From positions 2,470 through 66,469 of the forward strand of contig CAVKJB010000010.1 of assembly GCA_963656785.1 (NCBI GenBank): a stretch of 64,000 nt of DNA, given 5' to 3'. The notes below the pieces were generated by a model. That model saw nothing but the letters and a program-made list of their open reading frames with translations. It did not search any database and was not told the origin of the DNA. Shown piece by piece: positions 1-8,896 of the stretch; position 1 is the stretch's first letter; each line of letters begins with the position of its first letter. Position numbers and translations under genes: made by a program. The DNA comes from Acutalibacteraceae bacterium (GTDB taxonomy: Bacteria; Bacillota; Clostridia; Peptostreptococcales; Anaerovoracaceae).

Positions 1-1385
1 CAATTACGGAAGGGCAGCCGGAGGTGACGGATATCATTGCATCGAATGGCGGCGAAAAGGACGAGTTGTTGCGACTTGCCTATGCCCTCGAAGACAAGAG
101 TGAACATCCGTTGGCGCGGGCGATTGTGGCGGCCTGCAAGGATCGTGTGAAGCTATCGGATGTGACGGATTTCCGGGTATTGGCAGGAAACGGCTTGGCA
201 GGCATCGTGGACGGGGCTCTGGTGCGAGGCGGCTCTCAGAAGTTCATTCAGGGTTTTGCGGAGATACCGACGGAATTGCAGGGTAAAGCCGAAGAACTCG
301 GCATGCAGGGGAAGACTCCGCTTTTCTTCGAGAAAGAGGGAAAAATTCTCGGCATCATCGCCGTTGCAGATGCGATCAAGGAAGACTCTGCACGTGCGGT
401 TCAAGAACTTCAGCAAATGGGTATTGAAGTGGTTATGTTGACTGGTGATAATGAAAATACGGCACGAACGATTGCTTCGCGCGCCGGAATTCATCACGTG
501 ATTGCCGGCGTCCTGCCGGAGGGTAAGGAACAGGTCGTTCGGCGTCTGATGGACAAAGGCCGTGTGGCCATGGTCGGCGACGGCATCAACGATGCACCGG
601 CGCTGACCCGTGCGGATATCGGCATCGCCATTGGAGCAGGCACAGATGTCGCCATTGATTCCGCCGAGGTAGTTCTGATGAACTCGAAACTGACGGATGT
701 CTCTGCAGCGATACGCCTGAGCCGTGGGACGGTGCGAAATATTCACGAGAATCTTTTCTGGGCGTTTGCCTACAACATCCTGTTGATTCCGATGGCCGCG
801 GGGCTGTATCCGGGTGTTGATATCAACCCGATGTGGGGTGCCGCAGCAATGTCGATTTCCAGCTTCACGGTGTGCATGAACGCACTTCGATTGAACCTGC
901 TGCGAATTCATGACAGCAGCAAGGATCGCCCGCTGAAGAATAAGGCCGGGTCTATTCAGAATATCGAAGAAGCGTTCCATATTTCGGAAAATGTAGCCGC
1001 CTCGGAAAGAATTGCAGTAGATGGTTCGTCGGAAAGTTTGGTTAATGGAACCATTATTACTTCCAGCGACAATTCGAATGGCAGCTCGGGGGATGCAGAA
1101 CCGACAGGTTCAATAAATAATTCAATTAATATATTACATAATCAATCAAAGGAGGATCTGAACATGAAAGCAGAAGTAGGAATCAAAGGAATGATGTGCG
1201 GCCACTGTGAAGCCCACGTAAAGAAGGCATTGGAAGCACTGGATGGTGTGCAGGAAGCCGTTCCGAATAAGGACGAGAACAAGGCTGTGCTGACACTGAC
1301 GGCAGACGTTTCCGAAGCTGCGGTGCGGGAAGCAGTGGAAGATGCGGGCTACGAATTTGTGGATTACACAGCTCGCGCGAACTAA
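1..1385 (+). CDS. copA: Heavy-metal (copper-type) P1B-ATPase, 5'-truncated, with C-terminal HMA domain
   Basis: Frame open from the window start (ITEGQPEVTD, as follows DKTGT). Motifs SEHPLA, MLTGDN, MVGDGINDAPAL, WAFAYN and AAAMSISS. C-terminal GMMCGHC metal-binding domain. Confidence 0.9.
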   Translation, partial: ITEGQPEVTDIIASNGGEKDELLRLAYALEDKSEHPLARAIVAACKDRVKLSDVTDFRVLAGNGLAGIVDGALVRGGSQKFIQGFAEIPTELQGKAEELGMQGKTPLFFEKEGKILGIIAVADAIKEDSARAVQELQQMGIEVVMLTGDNENTARTIASRAGIHHVIAGVLPEGKEQVVRRLMDKGRVAMVGDGINDAPALTRADIGIAIGAGTDVAIDSAEVVLMNSKLTDVSAAIRLSRGTVRNIHENLFWAFAYNILLIPMAAGLYPGVDINPMWGAAAMSISSFTVCMNALRLNLLRIHDSSKDRPLKNKAGSIQNIEEAFHISENVAASERIAVDGSSESLVNGTIITSSDNSNGSSGDAEPTGSINNSINILHNQSKEDLNMKAEVGIKGMMCGHCEAHVKKALEALDGVQEAVPNKDENKAVLTLTADVSEAAVREAVEDAGYEFVDYTARAN

Positions 1386-1388
1386 TAC

Positions 1389-1517
1389 TTTCATCGATTA
1401 TCGAAGAGGACGTGCGGGTACCCCTCCTGAAATGTCTTGCAGAATATTTCCGTCGGGGTACCGCACGCCCTTTTCAATGGCGGTCAAATAGACCCTTGTG
1501 GTGAGATTAACACATGC
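1389..1517. repeat. 129-bp direct repeat, copy 1 (contains a long hairpin)
   Basis: tttcatcgattatcg...gattaacacatgc is identical to 1735-1863 by direct comparison. Confidence 0.95.
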
Positions 1518-1734
1518 GTCAGGGGCTTGTCCTTCCTGCCGAAATTATTCTGAAAGACCATTTACGTTGAGAAGCACACCATTTTGCTCCAAAATTATTC
1601 TGAAAGACCATTTTGGAGCAAAGTCGGTGTGCTTCTTAAATGATTACGTCAGAATACATGGGCGGAGTGTCGGAAAATGAAGGCGTATTAGGATAAACCT
1701 ACTTTTAATTGCAGAGATAGAATCAGGGGATCGA

Positions 1735-1863
1735 TTTCATCGATTATCGAAGAGGACGTGCGGGTACCCCTCCTGAAATGTCTTGCAGAATATTTCCGTC
1801 GGGGTACCGCACGCCCTTTTCAATGGCGGTCAAATAGACCCTTGTGGTGAGATTAACACATGC
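1735..1863. repeat. 129-bp direct repeat, copy 2
   Basis: Identical to 1389-1517. Confidence 0.95.
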
Positions 1864-1922
1864 AGGAGGGACAAGCCCCCATAGCCGCATTCCAATCATG
1901 ATGGTCACTTCGGGAATCACCG

Positions 1923-2585
1923 TTATTCCTCCGGGAAATCCGGAAGTGAATGCAGGTGAAATGTGTTTTTATGAAAATCAATAAGTCCCTCGTCGCGCAT
2001 TTTCCCCAGCTCTTTGGAGAGCGCTGTACGCTCGACGTTGAGGTAGTCTGCCATCTGTTGCCGGTCAAAGGGAACCTGAATTGTCCGGCTGCCGCTTCGA
2101 ACGGAAAGCATGGAGAAATAGGTGAACAGTCGGCTTCGGATCGTCTTTGCAGCTGTACAGAAAATCCGGCTGGACAGCACCAGATTCTTCTGCGTGGAGA
2201 TCTGCACCATATTGCGAAGGAGCTTAAGATACCAGGATTCGTGCACGTTCCTTTGATCGAGTAGTACATCCGCATCGAGGAAGAGAATTCGGCAATCTGT
2301 CGCAGCTACGGCATCCACCATCATCGGCTCACGGCTAATGGCATAGGTTTCTGCAAAGACGTGTCCACACGGAATGCTGCTGAGAATACTGCGGTTTCCC
2401 CACAGATCGATGTTCTCGATTCGAACGCAGCCGTCCTGCACAATGCCGATTTCGCGAACCGTATCTCCGGCATGGAGAATAATGTCTTCTTTTCGATACG
2501 TCAGCTCGCGGGTTTTCGAAGCCTCCGTCATCGCTTCGAGTTCCTCTGACGTCATATTTCGGAAAATTGGGGAGTAAAATTCCAT
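1923..2585 (-). CDS. Crp/Fnr family transcriptional regulator
   Basis: Cyclic-nucleotide-binding-like N-terminal domain (GHVFAE) and C-terminal HTH (RQQMADYLNVERTALSKELGKMRDEGLI). Start moved to the ATG at 2585, behind a gaaagagag RBS-like run; the ORF track starts at 2651. Confidence 0.9.
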   Translation of the reverse strand: MEFYSPIFRNMTSEELEAMTEASKTRELTYRKEDIILHAGDTVREIGIVQDGCVRIENIDLWGNRSILSSIPCGHVFAETYAISREPMMVDAVAATDCRILFLDADVLLDQRNVHESWYLKLLRNMVQISTQKNLVLSSRIFCTAAKTIRSRLFTYFSMLSVRSGSRTIQVPFDRQQMADYLNVERTALSKELGKMRDEGLIDFHKNTFHLHSLPDFPEE

Positions 2586-2600
2586 CAGGCTCTCTCTTTC

Positions 2601-2643
2601 TGTGGTTATAACCACGCAATTCCTCTTCCTATTCTGATAGGAT
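2601..2643 (+). promoter_or_regulatory. Crp/Fnr-type operator plus extended -10 (class II activated promoter geometry)
   Basis: TGTGG-ttataa-CCACG at 2601-2616 (perfect 14-bp palindrome core). TG-n-TAGGAT at 2635-2643. The site centre falls at -41.5 if the start site is about 2650. Confidence 0.6.
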
Positions 2644-2871
2644 AAGGCCATAAACGCAAGAGATAATTTGCCGGGGTTAAAAGAATTTTCCCATCCGTCT
2701 TACGTGTCCGATGCGTCCGGCGCAATCAACAGAAGCGATCCATTCAACACGTCTGCGGTCCTCGACGTATTCTGCGCGGCAAGGCGTGCTGTACTGGAAT
2801 GCCGGTGGACGAAATTCAGATAACCTCAGAACAGAACGGCTATGGAGAAAGATAGAAACAAGGAGGCAATC

Positions 2872-3633
2872 ATGATTCGTAAAATTATTCATATCGATGA
2901 GGATAAATGCAACGGTTGTGGCAAGTGTGCAGAGGCTTGTCACGAAGGAGCCATTGAGATGGTGAATGGTAAAGCCAGACTGATGAGAGACGATTACTGT
3001 GACGGCATGGGGGATTGCTTGCCGGAATGTCCGACGGGTGCCATCAGCTTCACCGAAAGAGAAGCCGCAGCCTATGATGAGGCTGCCGTGGCAAAGCACA
3101 TGGAAGAACGGAAGATGAAGAAGATGCAGGCAGAGGGTATGAAGCTGGGTGGAAGTGCGAAGCCGGGCGGTTTCCACGGATGTCCGGGGAGTGCGATGCA
3201 TACTTTTAGTCGAAAGGAAGAGAGCGCAGCAGAGACGATGGCACCGGCGACAACGGCAAGTACACAGTCTCAACTGGGTCAATGGCCATGTCAGATTAAG
3301 CTGGTTCCGGTGAAGGCACCGTATTTCGACGGGGCGAAACTCCTGATTGCAGCGGACTGCACGGCGTACGCGTACGCGCGGATTCATGAGGATTTCATGA
3401 AGGGGAAGATTACCATCGTGGGATGTCCGAAGCTGGATGCGGTGGATTACAGCGAGAAACTGACGGAGATCATCGCCGGTAATGACATCAAGAGCGTGAC
3501 GGTGCTTCGCATGGAGGTACCGTGCTGCGGCGGACTCGAGAATGCGGCGATTAAAGCACTGAAAAACAGCGGGAAGTTCATTCCGTGGCAGGTGGTAACG
3601 TTCACTTTGGATGGCCGGATCAAGGACTGCTAG
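2872..3633 (+). CDS. 4Fe-4S dicluster (ferredoxin-type) iron-sulfur protein
   Basis: CNGCGKCAEACHEGAI and CDGMGDCLPECPTGAI. C-terminal domain with WPCQIKL, AADC, GCPKLD and MEVPCC. RBS aggagg before ATG 2872. Confidence 0.85.
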   Translation: MIRKIIHIDEDKCNGCGKCAEACHEGAIEMVNGKARLMRDDYCDGMGDCLPECPTGAISFTEREAAAYDEAAVAKHMEERKMKKMQAEGMKLGGSAKPGGFHGCPGSAMHTFSRKEESAAETMAPATTASTQSQLGQWPCQIKLVPVKAPYFDGAKLLIAADCTAYAYARIHEDFMKGKITIVGCPKLDAVDYSEKLTEIIAGNDIKSVTVLRMEVPCCGGLENAAIKALKNSGKFIPWQVVTFTLDGRIKDC

Positions 3634-3954
3634 TAAAGAAAATGGAGGAGCATGAACTTGAGACGATTGCCACAAAGAAATCCGCAAAGAAATCAAGACG
3701 ATCAAGACGATCGGTCGCAAAAGATTGTGCGTATGGAGGGCGGAGTAAAGATTTGCCCGATGTCCTCGTAAAAAGCAGCTTAACGAGTGGTTGTAATTGA
3801 CTAACTTAAAACGCGTTGGATACAATGAGGCGTGCATCCGAAAGGGTGCACGTTCTTGCTATATTTGCTGTATTTGTTGGTTTGTTAGACAGTATCAGCG
3901 GATCTGCCTCCATGAAGCAGGCGGATGCCAGCCTTGAATGTCGGGGGAAAAGTT

Positions 3955-4596
3955 ATGAAATTCATTATCAACAGCATCCTGCTGGGCGTGGGACTTGCCA
4001 TGGATGCTTTCTCGGTTTCCATCGTGAACGGATTGAACGAGTGCCACATGTCCCGCATCAAATCTGTGGCAATTGCCGGAACATATGCGGCATTTCAGTT
4101 CGCAATGCCGATGATTGGTTGGTTCTGTGTCTATCGCATTGCGGAGGCGTTTCAAGCATTCCAGAAGTTCATCCCGTGGATTGCACTGCTGCTTCTCCTG
4201 TATATTGGCGGCAAGATGCTGATTGAGGGAGTTCGAGCCTGGGAAGCGTCCAGGTCGAAGGATACCATTGCGACGGGCGGAACAACAGGCGAGACCTCAG
4301 CAGCGGATTGCACAAGGGAAGCAGCGGATCCGCAGGTTTTGACCGCGACCACACTCTTCTTTCAGGGCGTAGCAACGTCCATTGACGCATTATCAGTGGG
4401 ATTCACCATCGCCAATTATAACGCAGCCGGTGCATTCCTGGCGTCCGCCCTGATTGCCGTTACAACTTTTATCATATGCATGGTGGGATTGCTGTGCGGC
4501 AAATGCTTCGGCGACCGTCTGGCGGACAAAGCCAGTATCCTGGGCGGCGTTATCCTGATTCTGATCGGTGTCGAGATTTTCGTAACCGGAATCTAG
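3955..4596 (+). CDS. mntP: Manganese efflux pump MntP family
   Basis: Twin motifs LAMDAFSVS and ATSIDALSVG, with multiple hydrophobic helices. Confidence 0.85.
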   Translation: MKFIINSILLGVGLAMDAFSVSIVNGLNECHMSRIKSVAIAGTYAAFQFAMPMIGWFCVYRIAEAFQAFQKFIPWIALLLLLYIGGKMLIEGVRAWEASRSKDTIATGGTTGETSAADCTREAADPQVLTATTLFFQGVATSIDALSVGFTIANYNAAGAFLASALIAVTTFIICMVGLLCGKCFGDRLADKASILGGVILILIGVEIFVTGI

Positions 4597-4920
4597 GGAA
4601 TGAATGGGACTGCCGAATTATTTATAGCTGTAAGAATACTCCGGGAATGTGGTCTATACGAAAAGAACATCCAAGGAATGCCGGGAACATCCTCTGCGTC
4701 CCCCTCCTGAGCAAGGGTATACAGGAGAGGACGGGATGCTTTCGGGAGTTTTCCGGATGTTCATTTTGTTCGAGTATTCAAAATAACAATAAGGTCAACC
4801 GTTCCATGATTAGATTCAATTGCATGTTTGTTCAGCAATGCAGTATAATCAAAGGCGTGTTTTCGGATTGAAGAAGGAAACAACGCTAGAGATTATATAA
4901 TTGAAGGAGAGAAGAAACTC

Positions 4921-5478
4921 ATGGAAAAGAAAGTTTCAACGAAAGAAGTTGTAATTGTAGCAATGGTTGCGGCCGTTGTCGGCGTAATTTTCACATTGCT
5001 GGACTACGCGTATATGCCGCTGAGTGCTGTACTGGGAACAGTATTCATGGAGCTTACGTTCGGCATCTACATGTTGTCTCCGGCTCTGCCGATGTATTTG
5101 GTTAGAAAGCCGGGCTTTGCGATTTTCGGCGCGTTGGTTGCAGCCGGCGTGAACCTGCTGCTGGGAAGCCCTTACGGATTACAGCTCATCCTTGCCGGCG
5201 TATTGGAAGCTCTCGGTGTAGAGCTCGCATACGCAATTGGAAAGTACAATGCTGACATGAAGACGCTGGTAATCGGACAAATCCTGGGTGCCATCTTTGT
5301 ATTCTGCCGGGACGGATTCTTCTGGGGCACACCTTGGTGCTACGGTACCGGAATTGCTGCGGGCTGCGTTGTTGTTCGTATCCTCAGCTCCGTCATCATC
5401 GGAATTGTGCTGGTTAAGGTGATTACCGCAGCTTTGGCTAAGACCGGTGTTCTGAAAGGAATGGCATGCACGAAGTAA
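4921..5478 (+). CDS. ECF transporter S component (YkoE-like)
   Basis: 185-aa hydrophobic protein with VRKPGFA and GSPYG motifs, followed by ECF A and T genes. Confidence 0.75.
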   Translation: MEKKVSTKEVVIVAMVAAVVGVIFTLLDYAYMPLSAVLGTVFMELTFGIYMLSPALPMYLVRKPGFAIFGALVAAGVNLLLGSPYGLQLILAGVLEALGVELAYAIGKYNADMKTLVIGQILGAIFVFCRDGFFWGTPWCYGTGIAAGCVVVRILSSVIIGIVLVKVITAALAKTGVLKGMACTK

Positions 5479-6992
5479 TGGCACAGGACAATTGCTGTCT
5501 TCGAATTGAAGACGCTACATATTGTTACGATGGAGAGATGCTGCCGGTATGGCGGCACCTCTCTTGCTGTTTTCAGGAGGGAAGAATTAATGCCATCTGC
5601 GGTCCGAGCGGCTGCGGAAAAAGTTCTGTCCTGAACTTGATTGACGGATTGATCCCGCACATGTACGAGGGGGATTTTTCCGGTAAAATCATACTCGGTG
5701 ATGAGGACATTTCCGACCTGTACCCGCGGTATCGATGCGGAAAAATCGGTTATGTCATGCAGAATCCGGAAAGTCAGTTCACGACCTTCACCGTAGAGGA
5801 GGAACTTGCTTTTGGCATGGAGAACCTTGGCATGCCTCCGGATGAGATGGAGAAGCGGATCCTGCAGGCTCTGGAATTTGTGGGAATGACTGGCTTCGAG
5901 AAAACAAATCTGGATGATCTGTCCGGTGGGCAGAAACAGAAAATCGCTATTGCGTCTGTCATCGTCACGAATCCCCAAATTCTCCTTCTGGACGAGCCGA
6001 CCGCAAATCTGGATCCCGAAAGCCGAGGGCAAGTCTTTGACTTGATTCTTCGTCTTTCCCGAGAATACGGAATGACAATCGTGATTGTGGAACATAATAT
6101 TGAAGAGATTATGGATTCGGTAGATTGGATGATTGTGATGGACGCCAACGGAAATATCCAGCGGCAAGGGGAACTGCAGAGGGATCGAGTTGCTTTTAAC
6201 CGATTATTACAGCATGGTGATACTGAGTGCATGGCTAATGATTGTTCAACGGAGGAGACGGTACTTGAGATTAAAGATTTAGAATTCTCATATCCAATTC
6301 CGGGGACAATCCGGAAAGAGGGAACTCCGATTCTCCGCGGCCTGAATCTACAGGTATGCCGTCAGGAACTGTTTGCGATCGTGGGAGAAAACGGCGTAGG
6401 AAAGACAACTTTGACACGGCTTGTATTTCGAATTCTCAAGCAGGATAAGGGGTCTATCCGTTTGTTCGGCAGACCTGTTGAATCCTATCGGAAACGCGAT
6501 TTGTATCATCAGATCGGGCTGGTTTTCCAGAATCCGGAGAATCAGTTCATCACCAACACGGTATGGGACGAATTGATGTTCAGCCTCAAACGGGTGAAAA
6601 TTTCTGAGGAAGAGAAGGAAAAACGCGTGAACGCGATGCTGCAGAGATTTCACCTGGAAGAAGACAAGGAAAAGAGTCCGTTTGTGCTCAGCCAGGGCCA
6701 GAAAAGGAGACTGAGTGTGGCGAGCATGCTGCTGACGAATCAACAGATCCTGTTTCTGGATGAGCCCACGTACGGACAGGATTTTGAGAATCGCCGGGAG
6801 CTCATGAAGGATATGCAGAAACTGGTAGAAGAGGGTATAACGATAGTAATGATTACCCATGATATGTCTTTGGTGAAACAGTACGCGACAAGAGTTGCAA
6901 GAATTGAGAATGGTGTTGTGGTGAAATGTCTTCCAACGAAGGCATTCTTTGAAACGGAAGAGCAGGAGAAGAAATCATGTTTGCCTACGTAG
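5478..6992 (+). CDS. ECF transporter duplicated ATPase (A-A')
   Basis: Two ABC cassettes: GPSGCGKS/QNPESQ/LSGGQKQ/DEPT and GENGVGKT/QNPENQ/LSQGQKRR/DEPT. TAATG overlap with the upstream stop. Confidence 0.9.
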   Translation: MAQDNCCLRIEDATYCYDGEMLPVWRHLSCCFQEGRINAICGPSGCGKSSVLNLIDGLIPHMYEGDFSGKIILGDEDISDLYPRYRCGKIGYVMQNPESQFTTFTVEEELAFGMENLGMPPDEMEKRILQALEFVGMTGFEKTNLDDLSGGQKQKIAIASVIVTNPQILLLDEPTANLDPESRGQVFDLILRLSREYGMTIVIVEHNIEEIMDSVDWMIVMDANGNIQRQGELQRDRVAFNRLLQHGDTECMANDCSTEETVLEIKDLEFSYPIPGTIRKEGTPILRGLNLQVCRQELFAIVGENGVGKTTLTRLVFRILKQDKGSIRLFGRPVESYRKRDLYHQIGLVFQNPENQFITNTVWDELMFSLKRVKISEEEKEKRVNAMLQRFHLEEDKEKSPFVLSQGQKRRLSVASMLLTNQQILFLDEPTYGQDFENRRELMKDMQKLVEEGITIVMITHDMSLVKQYATRVARIENGVVVKCLPTKAFFETEEQEKKSCLPT

Positions 6993-7783
6993 AAAGAGAT
7001 TCATTTCTGCACCATCTGAATCCGATGGTCAAGCTAATCCTTATTTCCATTATTACAGTGGTAGTCTGCCTGTCTTATTTCCCGGTTTTGCCAATTATAA
7101 TTTTTGCGGTAACTTTTCTCGGAACCTGGACGGTCGGGAAGATTCCGCTGCAGAACCTTGCCAGACGAATGCTGGTGTTCTTCGTTGTGAGCTTCCTGTT
7201 TGTATTTTCTATGCTCGTACTGCGGGGCTTGAACGATGAGGCAGACATTGTGATGCGATTCTGGTTCTTTCGCTGGAGCGAACAGGACATTGTCCAAGCG
7301 GTCTCGCTGGGATTTCGAATCCTGGCTTTGGTAACGATGTCGATGAGCTTTGTCCTCACCACAAGACCGAGTGATTTGGTTCTCAGTCTCATCCTGCAGT
7401 GCAAGGTATCCGTCATCCATGGATATGCTACCATGGCGACTTATCGTTTTCTGCCGGAACTGCAGAATCAGGTGGAGTCCATTCACCTGGCACAGGAAAT
7501 TCGGGGAATTCCGTGGAACAAAGGAATTCTTTCCCGATTCACATCTCCGTTTCGAATGATGTTGCCGCTTTTCTGCGTCGCCGCCAGGAGAGGTGAACGT
7601 GTCGCGTATGCGATGGAAAGCCGCGGTCTGGGGCGTTCAGATCAGCGCACCTACTACAGAAGAACAGAAATTACGAAGAAAGATTGGATGTTCCTGATAA
7701 CATCCATTATTGCATTTGCATTATTGGTTGTGGTATTGGCAAAATTCGACTTGTATCGATTGAATTTTGCATCCATCAAGTAG
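6977..7783 (+). CDS. ECF transporter transmembrane T component
   Basis: LHHLNPMVK, YRFLP, AQEIRG and AMESRG motifs of the EcfT/CbiQ family. Confidence 0.9.
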   Translation: MFAYVERDSFLHHLNPMVKLILISIITVVVCLSYFPVLPIIIFAVTFLGTWTVGKIPLQNLARRMLVFFVVSFLFVFSMLVLRGLNDEADIVMRFWFFRWSEQDIVQAVSLGFRILALVTMSMSFVLTTRPSDLVLSLILQCKVSVIHGYATMATYRFLPELQNQVESIHLAQEIRGIPWNKGILSRFTSPFRMMLPLFCVAARRGERVAYAMESRGLGRSDQRTYYRRTEITKKDWMFLITSIIAFALLVVVLAKFDLYRLNFASIK

Positions 7784-7835
7784 AGCTGTTGTTGAATTAA
7801 TTAAGTCAAAGAAGGTTTAAAAGAGGAGGTTCATT

Positions 7836-8582
7836 ATGCCATACAAACACGAACGAATTCAGTACGGATTACCGCATGAAGCATACCCAAAGGAACATGT
7901 AGAAGAATGTCTGAACACATGGCGAGAGGTTCTGGATTTGAAGTCCGAGCCGGTTGCCGTCACTTTTCTCTTCACGAAGGAGGATTATGACGCGTATCCG
8001 GTGGATGAGATCCAATCGGCGATGCCGTATTGCATGATGGTGAAGCAGGCCGCAACCATGAATCGTGCCATCAAATGTCGGTTGGAGCATCACAAGTGTG
8101 ATGGTGCAACAACCGCACTAGCGTTAGAACCGAGCACGGAGAGAATCGAAAGCGGGCAAGAGTACTACTCCTACAAATTGTACTCCTCCGTTGCCACCGC
8201 TCGAAGAATGCGGGAATCCATTCGCAGTTTGCATCGGATGCCGGTATCTACTTATGGTATGGCAGTCATTCCGCTTAAGGATTGCGTGCAGACACCCGAT
8301 GTGATAATAACCATTACCAATCCACTTCAGTCCATGCGACTGGTGCAGGGATACAGCTACCGATTCGGCAAGAAACCGCAGGTAGATCTCGGCGCAATGC
8401 AAGCGATGTGTTCGGAACTGACTGTGGTTCCTTACCTGACCGGGGATATGAATGTCAGCGTCTTCTGCCCGAGCACAAGAATGCTGTGCAAATGGTCGGA
8501 AAACGACATGGCAGTAGGAATGGCCGTTGAATTGCTGGATCAGATCACCGAAGGCATTGTTGCAACGCAGCCAAATTATTAG
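7836..8582 (+). CDS. DUF169-like protein (paralogue 1)
   Basis: Pattern PVAV, YCMMVK, C-D-G..ALAL, PDVII, QSMRLVQGY, QAMCSE, NVSVFCPSTR recognised as DUF169/COG2043-like. Strong RBS gaggagg. Confidence 0.65.
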   Translation: MPYKHERIQYGLPHEAYPKEHVEECLNTWREVLDLKSEPVAVTFLFTKEDYDAYPVDEIQSAMPYCMMVKQAATMNRAIKCRLEHHKCDGATTALALEPSTERIESGQEYYSYKLYSSVATARRMRESIRSLHRMPVSTYGMAVIPLKDCVQTPDVIITITNPLQSMRLVQGYSYRFGKKPQVDLGAMQAMCSELTVVPYLTGDMNVSVFCPSTRMLCKWSENDMAVGMAVELLDQITEGIVATQPNY

Positions 8583-8786
8583 TATTCGAGGCAATTTTTT
8601 CGTTCGCAGGCGTGTCGTTCGATTTCCCATCGGTTTGACACAACGAGATTCATCTCGTCGGTGGAACGCATACCAATGCACACCCTGAAAAAGCAATTCG
8701 TCTAGGAATATCGAAAACATCCCCTGCTGCATCTTGTGATCTGCCCTTGTCAAGTGGACACTGGAAAAACCAAAAGATAGTATTCT

Positions 8787-8868
8787 GAACCTTGTCCGAA
8801 AAGGACAGGGTTCTTTTGCGTTTCAGAGGACGAACTCTACTACACCTCGTTCAGCCTCTGAAACGCAA
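8787..8868. terminator. Tandem hairpins between convergent operons
   Basis: gaaccttgtcc-gaaaa-ggacagggttc-tttt at 8787-8817, plus a 14-bp perfect stem ttgcgtttcagagg/cctctgaaacgcaa at 8816-8868. Confidence 0.7.
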
Positions 8869-8896
8869 CTGGTTATGAGTCATGCTTTGCCTTGTT

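Noticed and set aside
1389..1863. 129-bp repeats as a CRISPR array or att sites
   Set aside because: Only two long copies, no spacer series, and no cas, integrase or phage genes nearby.
2677..3837. 386-aa minus-strand ORF
   Set aside because: Antisense shadow of the 4Fe-4S gene; no recognisable motifs.
4600..4920. TPP riboswitch expected before a YkoE-like ECF operon
   Set aside because: The TPP core elements (ctgaga, gaacctga, gcgtaggga in order) are not visible.
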